From assembly GCA_016748015.1 (NCBI GenBank), contig JAAOMT010000046.1, forward strand, positions 943,580 to 1,007,579: a stretch of DNA of 64,000 bases. The letters are read 5' to 3'. The notes under the pieces were generated by a model. That model ran no database searches. It worked only from the letters and a program-made list of their open reading frames with translations, and had not been told where the DNA came from. Shown here one piece after another: positions 37,349-50,878 of the stretch. The translations under genes and the position numbers were made by a program. Origin of the DNA: Geosiphon pyriformis uo1. Lineage: Eukaryota > Fungi > Glomeromycota. Position 1 is the stretch's first letter. Each line of letters opens with the position of its first letter.

Positions 37349-40300
37349 GTGGCAGAATCAGAAAATATAAGAGCAAACCATTTGGGATTTGCGAAATCCT
37401 TATTTCAACACTATTGTCAATACTTGGGATTAAACCACAATCATATATTCACCAAATTAGCCTTTAATTTCTATGTCAACAAAAAGATTTCCTCTTTGTT
37501 AGAAACACCAGTAAATACTGACTCAGCAAGGGAAACTTTCTACAGAGAATTAATTCAAAACACCAACTTACCAACAAATTATAATTTCGCATCCATTATC
37601 ACTGAGATCAACAAAGAAATTGAACATCACACCCAACAAAAATATCCAATTACATATGCTAGTAAAGGCAAAAAAAACCTACAAACACCAGCAGTAACTC
37701 CTAAAAAAATACAACTACCTATCTGGAAGAAGACAAGAGTTGAATCACCAACCAATCCATCTTATTACTATACACCCAGAAGTGCCATCAACATTTTATC
37801 AACAGGCGCATTCACATCAAACATAACATCAACATTTGAATGATTCTCATTTCAAAGTAAACAAAAAAAAACAGAATTATTAGGACCATACAGCAAATAC
37901 TTTGAAGGATTTAAATTGCAATTACCAACACCATTAGGAATTCAATTACCGCCACCTCAACCAGACTTTGGAACCAATACCCCATGAAAACTATCTGAAG
38001 AAAAGGAAGAAGAGTTGGAAGATCAAGAATTTACTTACCAGAACCTGATCACTAAAAACCCGGAAGTTGAAGCACCGAATTTTTAAACCCAGCAAAATTT
38101 AAATTTAGAAAACCCAGAAATTGAAACTCCGAATATTTAACCACCACCAAATCAGAACAATTAGAACCCCAATCTAATTAATCAACCAGACTTACCTCCT
38201 GTTATCATCATTAACCCACCACCAGTTGAACTAATTGGCCAGCCATCACAACCACCACAACCCAACTTAGATTCAATGACATATGTACCAATAGCCAAAC
38301 TCAAGAAATTTATTGGCAAAGAGAACAACACTCAAGCCTGGATCAATGACATTGTCAAAGCAATCACCGCCAATAACTGGAATGATGCCAAAACCATGCA
38401 AGTCATCCCCTATTTTCTCAAAAACACAGCAGACTCTTGGTATCACAGTCTAGCCCAAAAACCTCAGAACTTTAATGCCTTTAAGTTAGAATTTTTGAGG
38501 TATTTTAGTGATAACAACAGCATCAACCACTTGGCAAGTACTTTCACCACCATCAAACAAGAAGACACAGAAACAGTCACCACTTACTTGGGACACTTCC
38601 ATAGAAATCTGCACCAAATTCAGGCAATTCAAGCTGACTACTTTACAGCGCCACAGATCTTGAACCAATTCATCTGAGAATTGCACAGTAGCATCTTCCA
38701 GCAAGTACATCCAATACATCCAGCTGATTTCCTAACCGCCATGACTCATGCCAGAGATTTTGAAGCCACCGAATTAGAAGCTAACCACATCCAAGCTGTG
38801 AATTTAGTAATGAATAAATCATCTGACCTGGATTCCAAGCTAAAACAATTCAATGACAACATCAATCAGAAATTAGAGGGCTACTTAGCTAACAATTGTG
38901 CAATTTATCAGCCACCCCAGTGACATAATGATTTAGGAAACATGAATTGTTTCCAGAATCCATCACATTCAGGATTATCCACTAATTAGTCATGACAGCC
39001 AGAAACGCGTGTCTGCTACAACTGTAGTAAACAAGGGCATATTAGGACAAACTGCCATACTTATAGCAATCCACAATCAGAAAATCATTATCAAAACCCC
39101 GATTGCCAGTTTCAGACTTCAAATCACCAATCCAATCAAGAGCAATATCAAAATGCTTATCTGCCTATGACGCAGCAACCAATTTATCAGTTAACAATAT
39201 ATCAACCGCCAATTTATTAGCTGCAGTCACCAACAATTTATCAACTACAGCCATAAGTCATTTATCAGCCACAGCCTCAAGTAATTTATCAACCCCAACA
39301 AGTTCAAATGCCACACCAAAACTTAGCTACAATGACATCAGAAAACCTGAAATCCAGAATTACCCAAAACTGAAGATCAGCGATGGTTGTTAAGCAACCA
39401 ATTCTCAGTTCATCAGGCCAACAATCAGGATCTCGTCAGCAGAATTTGGGTATTGGTTCCACCCAAAACCCAAATTCCCAGAACTATTTAAGTCTTCTGG
39501 TTACCCCAGAAAACATCATCTCCAACAACCCAGAACTTGATCAACAACCAACAATACTTACCAACAATATTCCACCAGCAATTGTTACCAACAATGAGTC
39601 TTTAGCAGCCATTTTTTTATTTGAACTCGAGAAAGTTATGTCAGTTCCCTTATTTAGTGAAGCAGTTTTGGAAAAAAAACCCATTACTGCCATGTACACT
39701 GATGCAAAAGTTAATGGCCATTCCATCAAGTTAATTCTTGACAGTGGTTCAGCAGGCAGCATTATCACATGACAACTCATGAATCAATTAGGTCATCAAG
39801 TTGATCGAGCTACTAGCATTAGAATCATTACTGTCGATGGCACCACAAAAATATTTATTGGTGAAATCAATAACTTCCCAATTGAAGTTAATGGCATCAT
39901 TACTCCCATCAAAGTCTTGGTGATGAAAGCAACCCAATACTAAGCACTAGTGGGCAATAATTGGTTGTCTAAAAACAATGTTGTCCTCGACTGAATCATA
40001 CAGAAGCTTCAGCTTAGCCAAAATGGCCAACACACACGAGTACCGGCAACATGTAGCTATTTCAAACCTAACAATGCCATGACATCAGCACCACTTATTG
40101 ACCTCAAAGAGAAAAAAATAAAGCCTACTTGGGAGGCGTACCAAGTATCATGGACTGACGTCAACCACAATGAACTGTTGCCAATATTCGCCTGAGATGA
40201 CGATAACAATAGAAAAGAGGAACAAAAAAAAGAACCTACCTGTAGAACTACTATCAATGCTTGGATCGATGACAAAGACCACCATGAGCTACCACCAATA

Positions 40301-43300
40301 CTATCATGGGATGACAACCCCAAGGGAAAGCAAAAAAAGGAACTGATCTGGGAAACAGACAACTTAATCTGAACCAACAACAATGAAAGGGAACCAACAC
40401 CAAGCTGGAAATGGGAAGAAAGCAACAAAGGGAAAGAAAAAGTGAAAGAAGAAGAGCCACTGCCAACAAACCCATATCTCTCCTATTAACACACAACACC
40501 ACAACAATTCACTTATCGCCAACCCAAACTAGTATGTATTTATTGTGGCAAAAAATTGTCATCAATGGGTGCATGCTGTAATAACAACAAAAAATATTAA
40601 ACAGCAACCAAGTTTTATTATCGCGCATGCCTTGTCAAACATTTTGAAAGACCAAAATGAGTGGGAAAATGGGATAATACACTATGTTTAGCCTGTGAAG
40701 AAACTCTTCTCGACGAAGAAATGTGGAATGACATTCTTGGGAGAGGAGGAACATGCGATGTTTCCTGCCAATACATGATCCTCATCAGCCACTGGATTGA
40801 GAAAAGAACACCAATAGAAGCTATCTGGAGAAGAGCTGTACAGCGATTAGACAGTTGTCTACACAATGACAATGAATTATGGCAAATGGCAATCACAAAA
40901 ATTGAAGGCATGTTACCAGAAGAAATCAAGACAATTAAAAACAACTCACCAGAACCCATTGAACTTGACTGGGACGCAGAGCCAGTCATAAATTTCCTGG
41001 AACCAGAAGAGTTCTATGAACACTACCAAAACTTGGCGCCCACTAGAAAAGAGCAAGAACAATGGCTAGCACAATTGAATACAAGACTGTGTCATCATTG
41101 TTTAATTCTCAGTGACTTTGAATATTGTGATGATTGTAACCTCATTTACAATCCATCACCATGCATGATCTACACAATCTCTGAAGAGGAAGAACCAATC
41201 AACAGCTGTGCATCGGAGTCAGAATTACCATTCGATTCCAATTCAAACTCTGACAACGATAACGACGAGAATAATGGTTTCAGCTCTGTTTAAAATGGCA
41301 ATGACAATGACAATAATATCAACTCAGATTCAAACTCTGACTCAAACTATAAACAATATATCGTGCTTCCTGATCTCACCAAGGAACAAGAACTGAAATG
41401 GTTCAGTGATAATAATAAAGGTATTATGCCAGAACGTGTGCATAATACTGATGCCAGATTTGACTTGAAATATTCAGAAAAAGATGCCATCAAATTGGAA
41501 CCACATTTATGCACCTGCATTAATCTAAAAATAGCACTGAAAATCCCAGCAACAACAATGGTTCAACTAGCATCTCAGAGTAGTTTAGCAAAAAGAGGGA
41601 TTAATATAAGAGGAGGAATAATTAATGCAGGATATGTAAGAAATATTATCGCCATGCTACAAAATAACTCAGAAAAGGCCTATATAATAAAGCCAAATGA
41701 AAAGATAGCACAGGCAATATTCTTACCTTTGGTTAAGATAGCTCAGTTAGTACCAATAGGAAACAAAGAAGAGTTAGAAATAACAGCAAGAAGGATACAG
41801 GGATTTGGGTCAATAGATAGAATAGAGGTACCAGTTAATATGGCGGAGGAAGAAATTGTTGGCCAAGAAGAAATTATCTCAACCAGTCAAGCAATTTCCA
41901 TTCCACCATATGACCAGTACATAGTAACAATAGAAAGAAAAGTAAAGGACCAAGCACAAATTTTTGAAGCAGAAGCAAGTCTTTGTGAATCAGAAGAAAT
42001 TGGACTCATCAATCTCCACATACCAGCCAAAAACTATAGCTGCATCAAAATTCCCATTTACAACAACACCAGAAGTGTTGTCAATATACTAGAAGGAACC
42101 ACCATTGGATATTTAACTACAAAAATAGAGGATCAACCACCAAGCATTATTTCAGACTTTCCACAACTTTGTGGATATGTTGATATCACATTACAAACAA
42201 TATATGGATGAAATGAATGTTACTTGCTCCAACCAGAACAATTGGAACAAATGAACATAGAAAATTTAAATCCATTCCAACATATGCAGCTCAAGATGTT
42301 GCTCAACAATTTTAATGACATCTTTGCCAGTAAAAACGAATTTGGCCAAACTGACATTATCTAGCATCAGATCAAGACTGGAGATGCAATGCCAATTAAA
42401 CAAAGAGCATACAAAGTGCCACCAGCCAGCCACGAGATTATTTGTCAAGAGATATACCGAATGCTTGACAATAGGCTAATTCAATCATCAATGAGCCCAT
42501 AATCATCATCAGTGGTACTTGTCCATAAAAAGAATAGAAAAATCTGATTTTGTGTAGACTACAGAAAATTCAATGGTGTAACTTGTAGAGACAGCTATCC
42601 AACTTCACGGATACAAGAACTATTCGACACTTTTGGTGGAAACAAATGGTTCTCAATATTAGACTTGGATAGTGGTTACTGGCAAGTAGCCATGGATCCA
42701 GCTGACAAAAAAAAAACAGCATTCACTACAAGAAAGAGAAACTTTGAGTTTGAAGTTATGCCATTTGGCTTAACTAATGCTCCAGCTACATTTCAATGGC
42801 TAATGAAAATTGTGTACACTGGCTTGTTGTAGAAATCAGTAGTTGTATACTTAGATGATACCAATGTGTTTTCAAAAACATTCGATGATCATCTACATCA
42901 TTTCCAACAAGTGTTCGAAAGACTATGATGAACAGAACTAAAGTTAAATGCAACAAAGTGCTTCTTCAGCAAGACAGAACTAAAATTCTTGGGACACATA
43001 GTCAGCAAAGACAGCATCAAAATGGATTCAGAGAAAATAGAAATAGTAAAGAACTTTCCAGTGCTGACCAATATGACAGAACTGAAATCATTCTTGGGTT
43101 TTGCCAGCTACTATCGACGTTTTATCAAGAACTTTTCCAAGATAGCGCAGCCATTCAACCAACTGCAAACCAAGAATACAAAATATAAATAGACAGAAAG
43201 TCAACAAGAAGCTTTGATATTCTAAAAAGAAAGCTCATTTAAGCTCTAGTACTGATCTATTCAGATTACAGCAAACCATTCATCATCACCACTGATGCAT

Positions 43301-43613
43301 CTGGCCAAGCATTGGAAGCAGTACTATCTCAGAGAGGACTGAATGGCAGAGAACATTCAGTAGCATATGTCAGCCGAGATCTAACACCAGCCGAAAAGAA
43401 CTATGGAACACCAGAACAAGAACACTTAGCAATATATTGGGCAGTCATGAAGTGAAACGAATACTTGAGCCACAAATTTGATATATACACGGATCATAAA
43501 GGATTAACATTACTTCAAAAGTAAAAATGTGATGATAGCCACCAATCCAGATGGAAAATAGCACTCTTACAATATACTTATACTATACACTATAAGAAAA
43601 GAAAAGACAACAG
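37349..43613 (+). pseudogene. D gag-PR-Cys-rich-dUTPase-RT-RNase H (resumes at 50774-50862 after E)
   Basis: AKLKKFIGKENNTQAWI, CYNCSKQGHIRTNC, LILDSGSAG, GGIINAGY, YLDD (42848-59), TTDASG, KDN|GNTDGLSR across the E insertion. Confidence 0.92.
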
Positions 43614-46600
43614 TATTACTAAATGAAATTAGAGATATTATTTAGCATGAAATTATCTTTATAATTCTTATCATTAATTAGCATATTATTGTTTCAAATT
43701 ATCACTTATTACATTAGCAAAATATTTGAAATTATCATTTAATTAATAACCCAATTTGTACATAACACAAATGTAACTTAATTGCAATAATTAATCATAC
43801 AATACACCAAACTATGTAACATTCAAAAAGTTTGCCGAAATTTGTAGAAATTTGCCGAAATAATTGATAGTTCACCAAAATATCTAATAGTTCGCAGAAA
43901 TAACTTGTAGTTTGCCGAAATGTATCTCTAGTTCAGCGAAATTGTAGAAAATAGCAAAGTTCAAGTTCATAAAATAGTGTTACGACAAGTTGTATAAAAG
44001 AAGAGCTTCTCTCTTCGAGAAAATGTATCTTATATCAGATTTAACAATTAGAATTATTCTTTACACATAAAGACAAAATAAATATCAAATAACTCGAAAA
44101 ACCAAATTCTTTAATTATTACACTTGAAAAATCCTCAAAACCCAACTAATGTTTTGAAATTGATTAGCTACCAATTTTGGTAAACTGTTAGTAACTCCAG
44201 GCCTGGATAGAAAACGTTTTCCTTAACAGAATTCTATTTCTTTTACATTTCTTTTATTTTTTTTATTTTTTTACTATAATCAGTAGAGTAGCCTACAGAC
44301 AAGATTTTTGTAGAAGAGTTGACTTTTACAGCAAAGTAACTACACATTTTTAGTGAGCTTCCAGATGAGCAATTTCTGGGAAAGAGTTAACATTTACTAC
44401 AATGTAACTACATAAAGTAACTGGCATGGAATTGGCCATTCCATTTATAAGCCCAGCAGTTCAAATTATAGGAAATAATTTGAAGATAAATTCAATTATT
44501 AGAGGTTAAATACTTCTTATAATCGTGAATTGGCAGCACAACAATATTAACAGCATTAAAGAAAAGAGACCAAAAACCTCTAGTAACATTTGGTGCTCTT
44601 CCACGAAAATAACACAGTGACAACAACTTCAAAAATGGCGACTCAAACAGATTCAAGAATTCTAGAGTATTATTAGTCAATCAACACCCACTGCAAGTAG
44701 AGATTTAACATCCCAGACGGAATTGAGACATTCAAGAAAACACTTTACCAGTACATTGAAAATTGCATCAACAATTATCTTCTTAGAGACTACAACATTT
44801 CAGAAGTTAAACACAACTTATATGAAAGCTTAGTACATTACTCTTGTCTAAACACTCAGGATTTTAACAGCCAAACACTTGAAACATACTTCCAAGAACT
44901 CAATTTCAATATCATTCAGTATTGTGAAGAGAATTACCCAGTAGAACAGAAATTTTCTCTTAGCTTTGAATTGAAAACAGAAGAAGGGAAAGGAAAAAGG
45001 AAACAAAAACTCAGAACTACCCCAAATACATCTAAAACCACTGCCAAACATTTACAAACTCCAAAACAAGAAACCAGCTTTAAATTACCACTCTCAATCA
45101 CATCATTTTCAGCTTCACTTGCTTAACTGCAAACACCAAGCTCACTACTTATTTAGTTTTCAAGAATAGAAGATTTTCAGTCACCCAAAAGCCCTATTCA
45201 ACAACAGGAACCAATATTAACCAGCACAAACCTTATTGACTACTTAGCAGAAAATTGAAGTAAAGAGACTGAATCAGAACAAAAAACAGAAGACTCAGAA
45301 AATGAAGAAGAAATGGCCTTCACATATATTGCAAAAATCCCTGAGTTCACAGGAGAAGACAGTAAAACCAGTCCTCAAGAATGGCTTGACAAAGTCTCAA
45401 AAGCAGGAGATGCAAATAATTGGAACACTGCCAGAATGTTAAAAGCAATTCCATACTTTTTACAAGAAACAGCTGGTGAATAGTTTGAAAACTTGGAAGT
45501 CCCACCAGAAAACTGGGAAGCATTCAAAACTGCTTTTCTAGAACAGTTCACTGACAATAATACTTCCATTACCCTTCGAAATTGGTTCCGAAATATCAAG
45601 CAAGAACCAAGTGAATCAATTATGACCTATCTTGAGAAATTCAACAAATTGCTTAGAAGAATTCGCCAATTGGAAACCAATGAATACTACTTCAATGCAC
45701 AAATCTTAAATCAATTTATTGCTGGACTAAAAGACAAACTTATCAAAAAAGTTTGCCTACATGCACCAGAAGATTTAGCCATTGTTATTCAACAGGCGAA
45801 AAACTATGAAATGGCCATGGAAGAAGCCAATCATACCAAACTTGTTAACCTGGCTATTGGAGAAACCAGCTCAGCAGCTGAAGAAAAGATTGACCAATTA
45901 ACCAAGAAAGTTGAAAACTACTTCACCAACCAACAGCAACAACAGCAGCCACAACAATCACAGCAAACACAAAGATACCAACTCCCACAAAGATGAAATC
46001 AAAATAACTTTGCACCACTTTTTAATAACCAGCCTCAGAATTGCCATTACTGTGGAATCCCTGGCCACTGGAAAAGAGATTGCAGAAAGCTACAACAAGA
46101 TCAACAAAATAGGAGTAATCAATATTATCCTCCACTACAGCAATCTTATTATCAAGTACCACCACCAGCTTACTATCCACTAAGACCCCAATACCAAAGT
46201 AACTATTATCAGTCCGCTCTACAGCCAATCCAACAGCAATACCAACAACCATCCACACAACATTATCAAGTGTCTGCTCGAAAATTGATTCCACAAAATC
46301 AATTCACACCACAAAATTGATACCAAGTAAACAACAATAGAATCAATTCAAACAACTATTTGGTTCCCCGAAATTCAGCTCAACCAAAACCCAACCATTA
46401 TCACACTCAATCTAGTTATCTTATGATGCCAGAAGAACAGGATTTTTGCTATACTGCACTCTCAAAAGATAGAGCTGCAGCACAACAACAAAACCCTTTC
46501 TATACTCTTACCACAATCCTACCAGCCAGAATTACTGAAAATGCCAACCTTTTAGATATATTCCCTTTCGAATTTGAAGCAAATAAATCACCATTTTTGC

Positions 46601-49600
46601 TTAACAATGCAGTGGCTAATGAGCAAAAAGCCATCATTGCAATATACACAGAAGCTAAAGTAGAAAGAAAGCCAATTTGTTTGATCCTAAACAGTGAATT
46701 CGCCAGAAGTATCATCACATATCAATTAATGCAACAGCTAAAAAGAAACGTTGACCGACTAGTTCAGACAATCATTGTTACTGCCAATAGCATGAAAAAG
46801 ACTCCAGTAGGAGAAATTGACAACTTCCCATTTACAATTAATGGAATTACCATTCCAGTCAAAGTTCTGGTCATGGATGCTCCCCAATACCAAGCTTTTG
46901 TCAGAAAAAATTGGCTCCAAAAAGCCAATGCTAATCTGAATTGGAAGACACAAGAGTTAATAATCTCCTACTAAGGACAACATGCCTGGGTACCTGCCAC
47001 TTGTGGTATATTCAACAAATGCTCCGAAAAAGCCCCGGCTTTTGAATTTGAACCAGAAAGAGAAAAGCCCATCATTGAAACATTTATGGCACTTGAATCA
47101 ACCTCCAATTGGGCTGATGAAACTGAACAACAGTATTTTTCAACAAACAATTCTCTTAAAACAAAAGAACCAATAACACCCAGATGGAATGTCTTTTATT
47201 CAAAACAAAAACCACAAAAACAATGCCCTTACATTCCACTCAAATGCAAAAATTGCCACAAGAAACTCTCATCAATGAAAGCTTGTATTTCACTTGAAGA
47301 AGAATATGAAAATTATACTTGTTATTACTGCAAGGCTTGCTACAGAGAACAATGGGACCATCTAATAAAAAGAAGTGGAAAATGGGACAACACCCCTTGT
47401 TTGACTTGTGGAGATATGCTACCAGAAGAATGCAATTGGATTGATGTTGCATTTAGAGGAGGAGTCTGTGATCAAACATGCCAATATGTCCTTTTAATTT
47501 CAAAAAAAGTAACAAGAGGAACTTCTTTCGATGCTGCTTACAACAGTGTTCTCAACAAACTGTACCATTACCCTCATGATGCTGAAATGATTTTCGATCT
47601 AGCAATGGCTTTAATCAATGGAGCCACTCAAGAAAATGTTCGACAAATGAAAGAATCAGAATACATTGCATACACCTTTGAAATTACTGGATACAACTAC
47701 GAAGATGAAATAGAAGTATATTACCAAATTGCCAGTCACACTTACCTGACCAAAGAAGCTCAAGCTCAATGGCTAGAGCAAATGAATGTTAAATTGTGTG
47801 AAGAATGCATTATGCCTTGCAATGAACAGTGGTGTCCTGAATGCTATGCTCTTAGTATCTCCTTGCCCGGCAAAAATGATGAGAACAAAATTGAATTTGG
47901 AGAACTTGAAGCAACAGAAGAAATTGAAACAACACCTATCTACCTTATCAAAAATCAGCCTGCCTTACAACTTAAATACTTCAACAACAATGGACAAGAA
48001 ATAAAACCTGAAAAAGCACATAAAATTGATGCTGGATATGACCTAAGATATCCAAACAAGGATACTCTTGTTCTTAAACCCAAATCTCTCACAAAAATTA
48101 ACCTCAAAATTGCCCTCAAAATCCTACCAAGAGCAATGGTTCAAATCGCCTTCCGGTCCTCTCTGGCAAGCAAAAGAATCAATGTCAGAGAAGAAATAAT
48201 CAATGCTAGATATACTGGTGACATAACAGTAATACTCTAAAATAAAACTGATAAACTTTTCAAAATCAAACATGCCAAAAAAATTGTCCAAGCTATTTAT
48301 TTACCCTTAATCAACATTTCGGGTTTACAATTAGTCAATCAAAAAAAACAATTGGGAAAATGTGAAAGAGGAACACAAAGTTTTGGTTTAACTAGATGAT
48401 TCACAGTTTCAGTAAACATAGCTCTCAATGAACAGAAAGAATCTCACCAGCTTTTACAACTTCCACAACCAATTACCATTTCACCTTTTGGAAAACATCA
48501 CGAAGTTTACACATGTGAAAACCTCACGACTACTCAACAAATCTTCAAATCCAATGAACAAATTTGCGTAAAACACAACATTTCAATCCCAAACATCTAT
48601 GTTCCAAGAGGAGCAAAGAAAGTCCATGTTACTTTTTACAATCTCAATCATCAATCCATTATTTTATTGAACAAGTTAGAAATAGAAGTTATTCACAGCA
48701 ACATCTTTCAGTAAGAACAACCCCAAACAGTTTTAAATTTCTCAGAAATTATCAAACACTTTTTACCAAAAATCAGCCCCAGACCAAGCTTTGAAAACTA
48801 CCATGTTGTCATGGAAAAACTATTTTGAATCAACATGGGACAACTTGAACCACAACAACAGAGCCAGCTCAAAAAGCTAATTGCAGAATTTGCCAATATC
48901 TTTGCTGAAAACAACAATGACTTAGGAAGAACCAATTTGGTTCAATACCAAATCTATACAAGAGATGCCAAACCAAAGTGACAGCAAATCTACCAAGTTG
49001 CTCCAGAAAGTCACCAATTGATCTGAGAAAAAGTGCAACAGATGTTTAATAATAGGCTTATTCAACCATTGATGAGTCCATGAACTTCACCTGTGGTCCT
49101 AGTTAAAAAGAAAAATAGAAAGATATGATTTTGTGTTGATTATCGACAACTCAACAGTGTTACCATTGGAAATGTCTACCCTCTTCCCCAAATCGATGAC
49201 ATGTTAGATGCTTTTGAAAAGTCCAAATACTTTTCAACTCTAGATTTGGAAAACAGATACTGGCAAGTTGCCATGGATCCCAAAGATTGCCCCAAAACTG
49301 CTTTCACTACACAAGGAGGAAATTACGAATTCAATATAATGTCTTTTAGATTATGCAATGCACCAGCAACATTCCAAAGGCTTATGGATGTTGTGTACAA
49401 AGGACTCTTTTGAAAATCAGTAGTTGTTTATCTCGATGATACCAATGTTTATTTCCCATCTTTTGAATTACACTTAAAACACTTGCGAGAAGTTTTTTAA
49501 CAATTACGAAAAGCAGGATTGAAACTAAACATTGAGAAGCTATTCAGAAACAGCTCCACAATGAATTCAAGACAACAGCTGGACCTACAAACAGCCGCTA

Positions 49601-50773
49601 TAAACTAAGAGCTGCTCTTAGACTTTATGACCTATTTCACACCTGTGAAAATGTCCTACAAAACCCAATTTTACAACCTTTGAAAATTCAATACATTGGA
49701 AAGCTCACAGAACTGAAATTTCAACAATTTTCAGACCAAATTTTTTCAATAATTTTGGATTATTATCTGGAAATTACAGACAGTACTTGGACTTCAACAG
49801 AGCTTAGTCTTGAGAAGGAGATTATGTTACCAGACAAAATTAGAGATATTATTTAGCATGAAATTATCTTTATAATTCCTATCATTAATTAGCATATTAT
49901 TGTTTCAAATTATCACTTATTACATTAGCAAAATATCTGAAATTATCATTTAATTAATAACCCAATTGCAATGATCAATCATGCAATACACCAAACTATG
50001 TAACATTCAAAAAGTTCACCAAAATTTGTAGAAATTTGCCAAAATAATTGATAGTTTACCAAAATATCTAATAGTTCGCAGAAATAACTTGTAGTTTACC
50101 GAAATGTATCTCTAGTTCAGCAAAATTGTAGAAAATAGCAAAGTTCAAGTTCATAGAATAGTGTTATGACAAGTTGTATAAAAGAAGAGCTTCTCTCTTT
50201 AAGAAAATGTATCTTACATCAGATTTAACAATTAGAATTATCCTTTACACATAAAGACAAAATAAATATCAAATAACTCGAAAAACCAAATTCTTTAATT
50301 ATTGCACTTGGAAAATTCTTAAAACCTAACTAACATTTCGAAATTGATTAGCTACCAATTTTGGTAAACTGTTAGTAACTCCAGGCCTGGATAGAAAACG
50401 TTTTTCTTAACAGAATTCTATTTCTTTTACATTTTTTTTATTTTTTTTTATTTTTTTACTATAATCAGTAGGGTAGCCTACAGACAAGATTCCTGTAGAA
50501 AAGTTGACTTTCACAGCAAAATAACTACACATTTTTAGCAAGTTTCCAGACAAGCAATTCCTGGGAAAGAGTTGACATTTACTACAATGTAACTACATAA
50601 AGTAACTGGCATAGAATAGGCCATTCTACTTATAAGCCCAGCAGTTCAAATTATAGGAAATAATTTGAAGATAAATTCAGTTATTGGAGGTTAAATACTT
50701 CTTATAATCGTGAATTGGCAGCACAACAACATTAACAGCATTAAAGAAAAGAGACCAAAAACCTCCGGTAACA
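43614..50773 (+). mobile_element. Element E: A-family LTR retrotransposon with an internal deletion (RT C-terminus, RH, IN, 5' half of ORF3)
   Basis: LTRs 43614-44588 and 49825-50773. PBS TTTGGTGCTCTTCCACG. PPT GAGAAGGAGA. TSD ACAG/ACGG. RT is joined to ORF3 at AGAA (49535-38). Confidence 0.93.
44635..49538 (+). pseudogene. E gag-PR-Cys-rich-dUTPase-truncated RT
   Basis: Collinear with A 19919-24838; YLDD at 49429-40. Confidence 0.9.
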
Positions 50774-50878
50774 ACGGAAATACTGACGGTTTGTCGAGAA
50801 TAAGACAAATCCAAGAACATTTCAAACCCAAAAATATAACAAAACCAAAACAATACCAATGAAAAATACAGCAAAAAG

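Noticed and set aside
41363-42211. Host dUTPase gene
   Set aside because: It is in frame within the retrotransposon polyprotein and sits at the same position in five elements.
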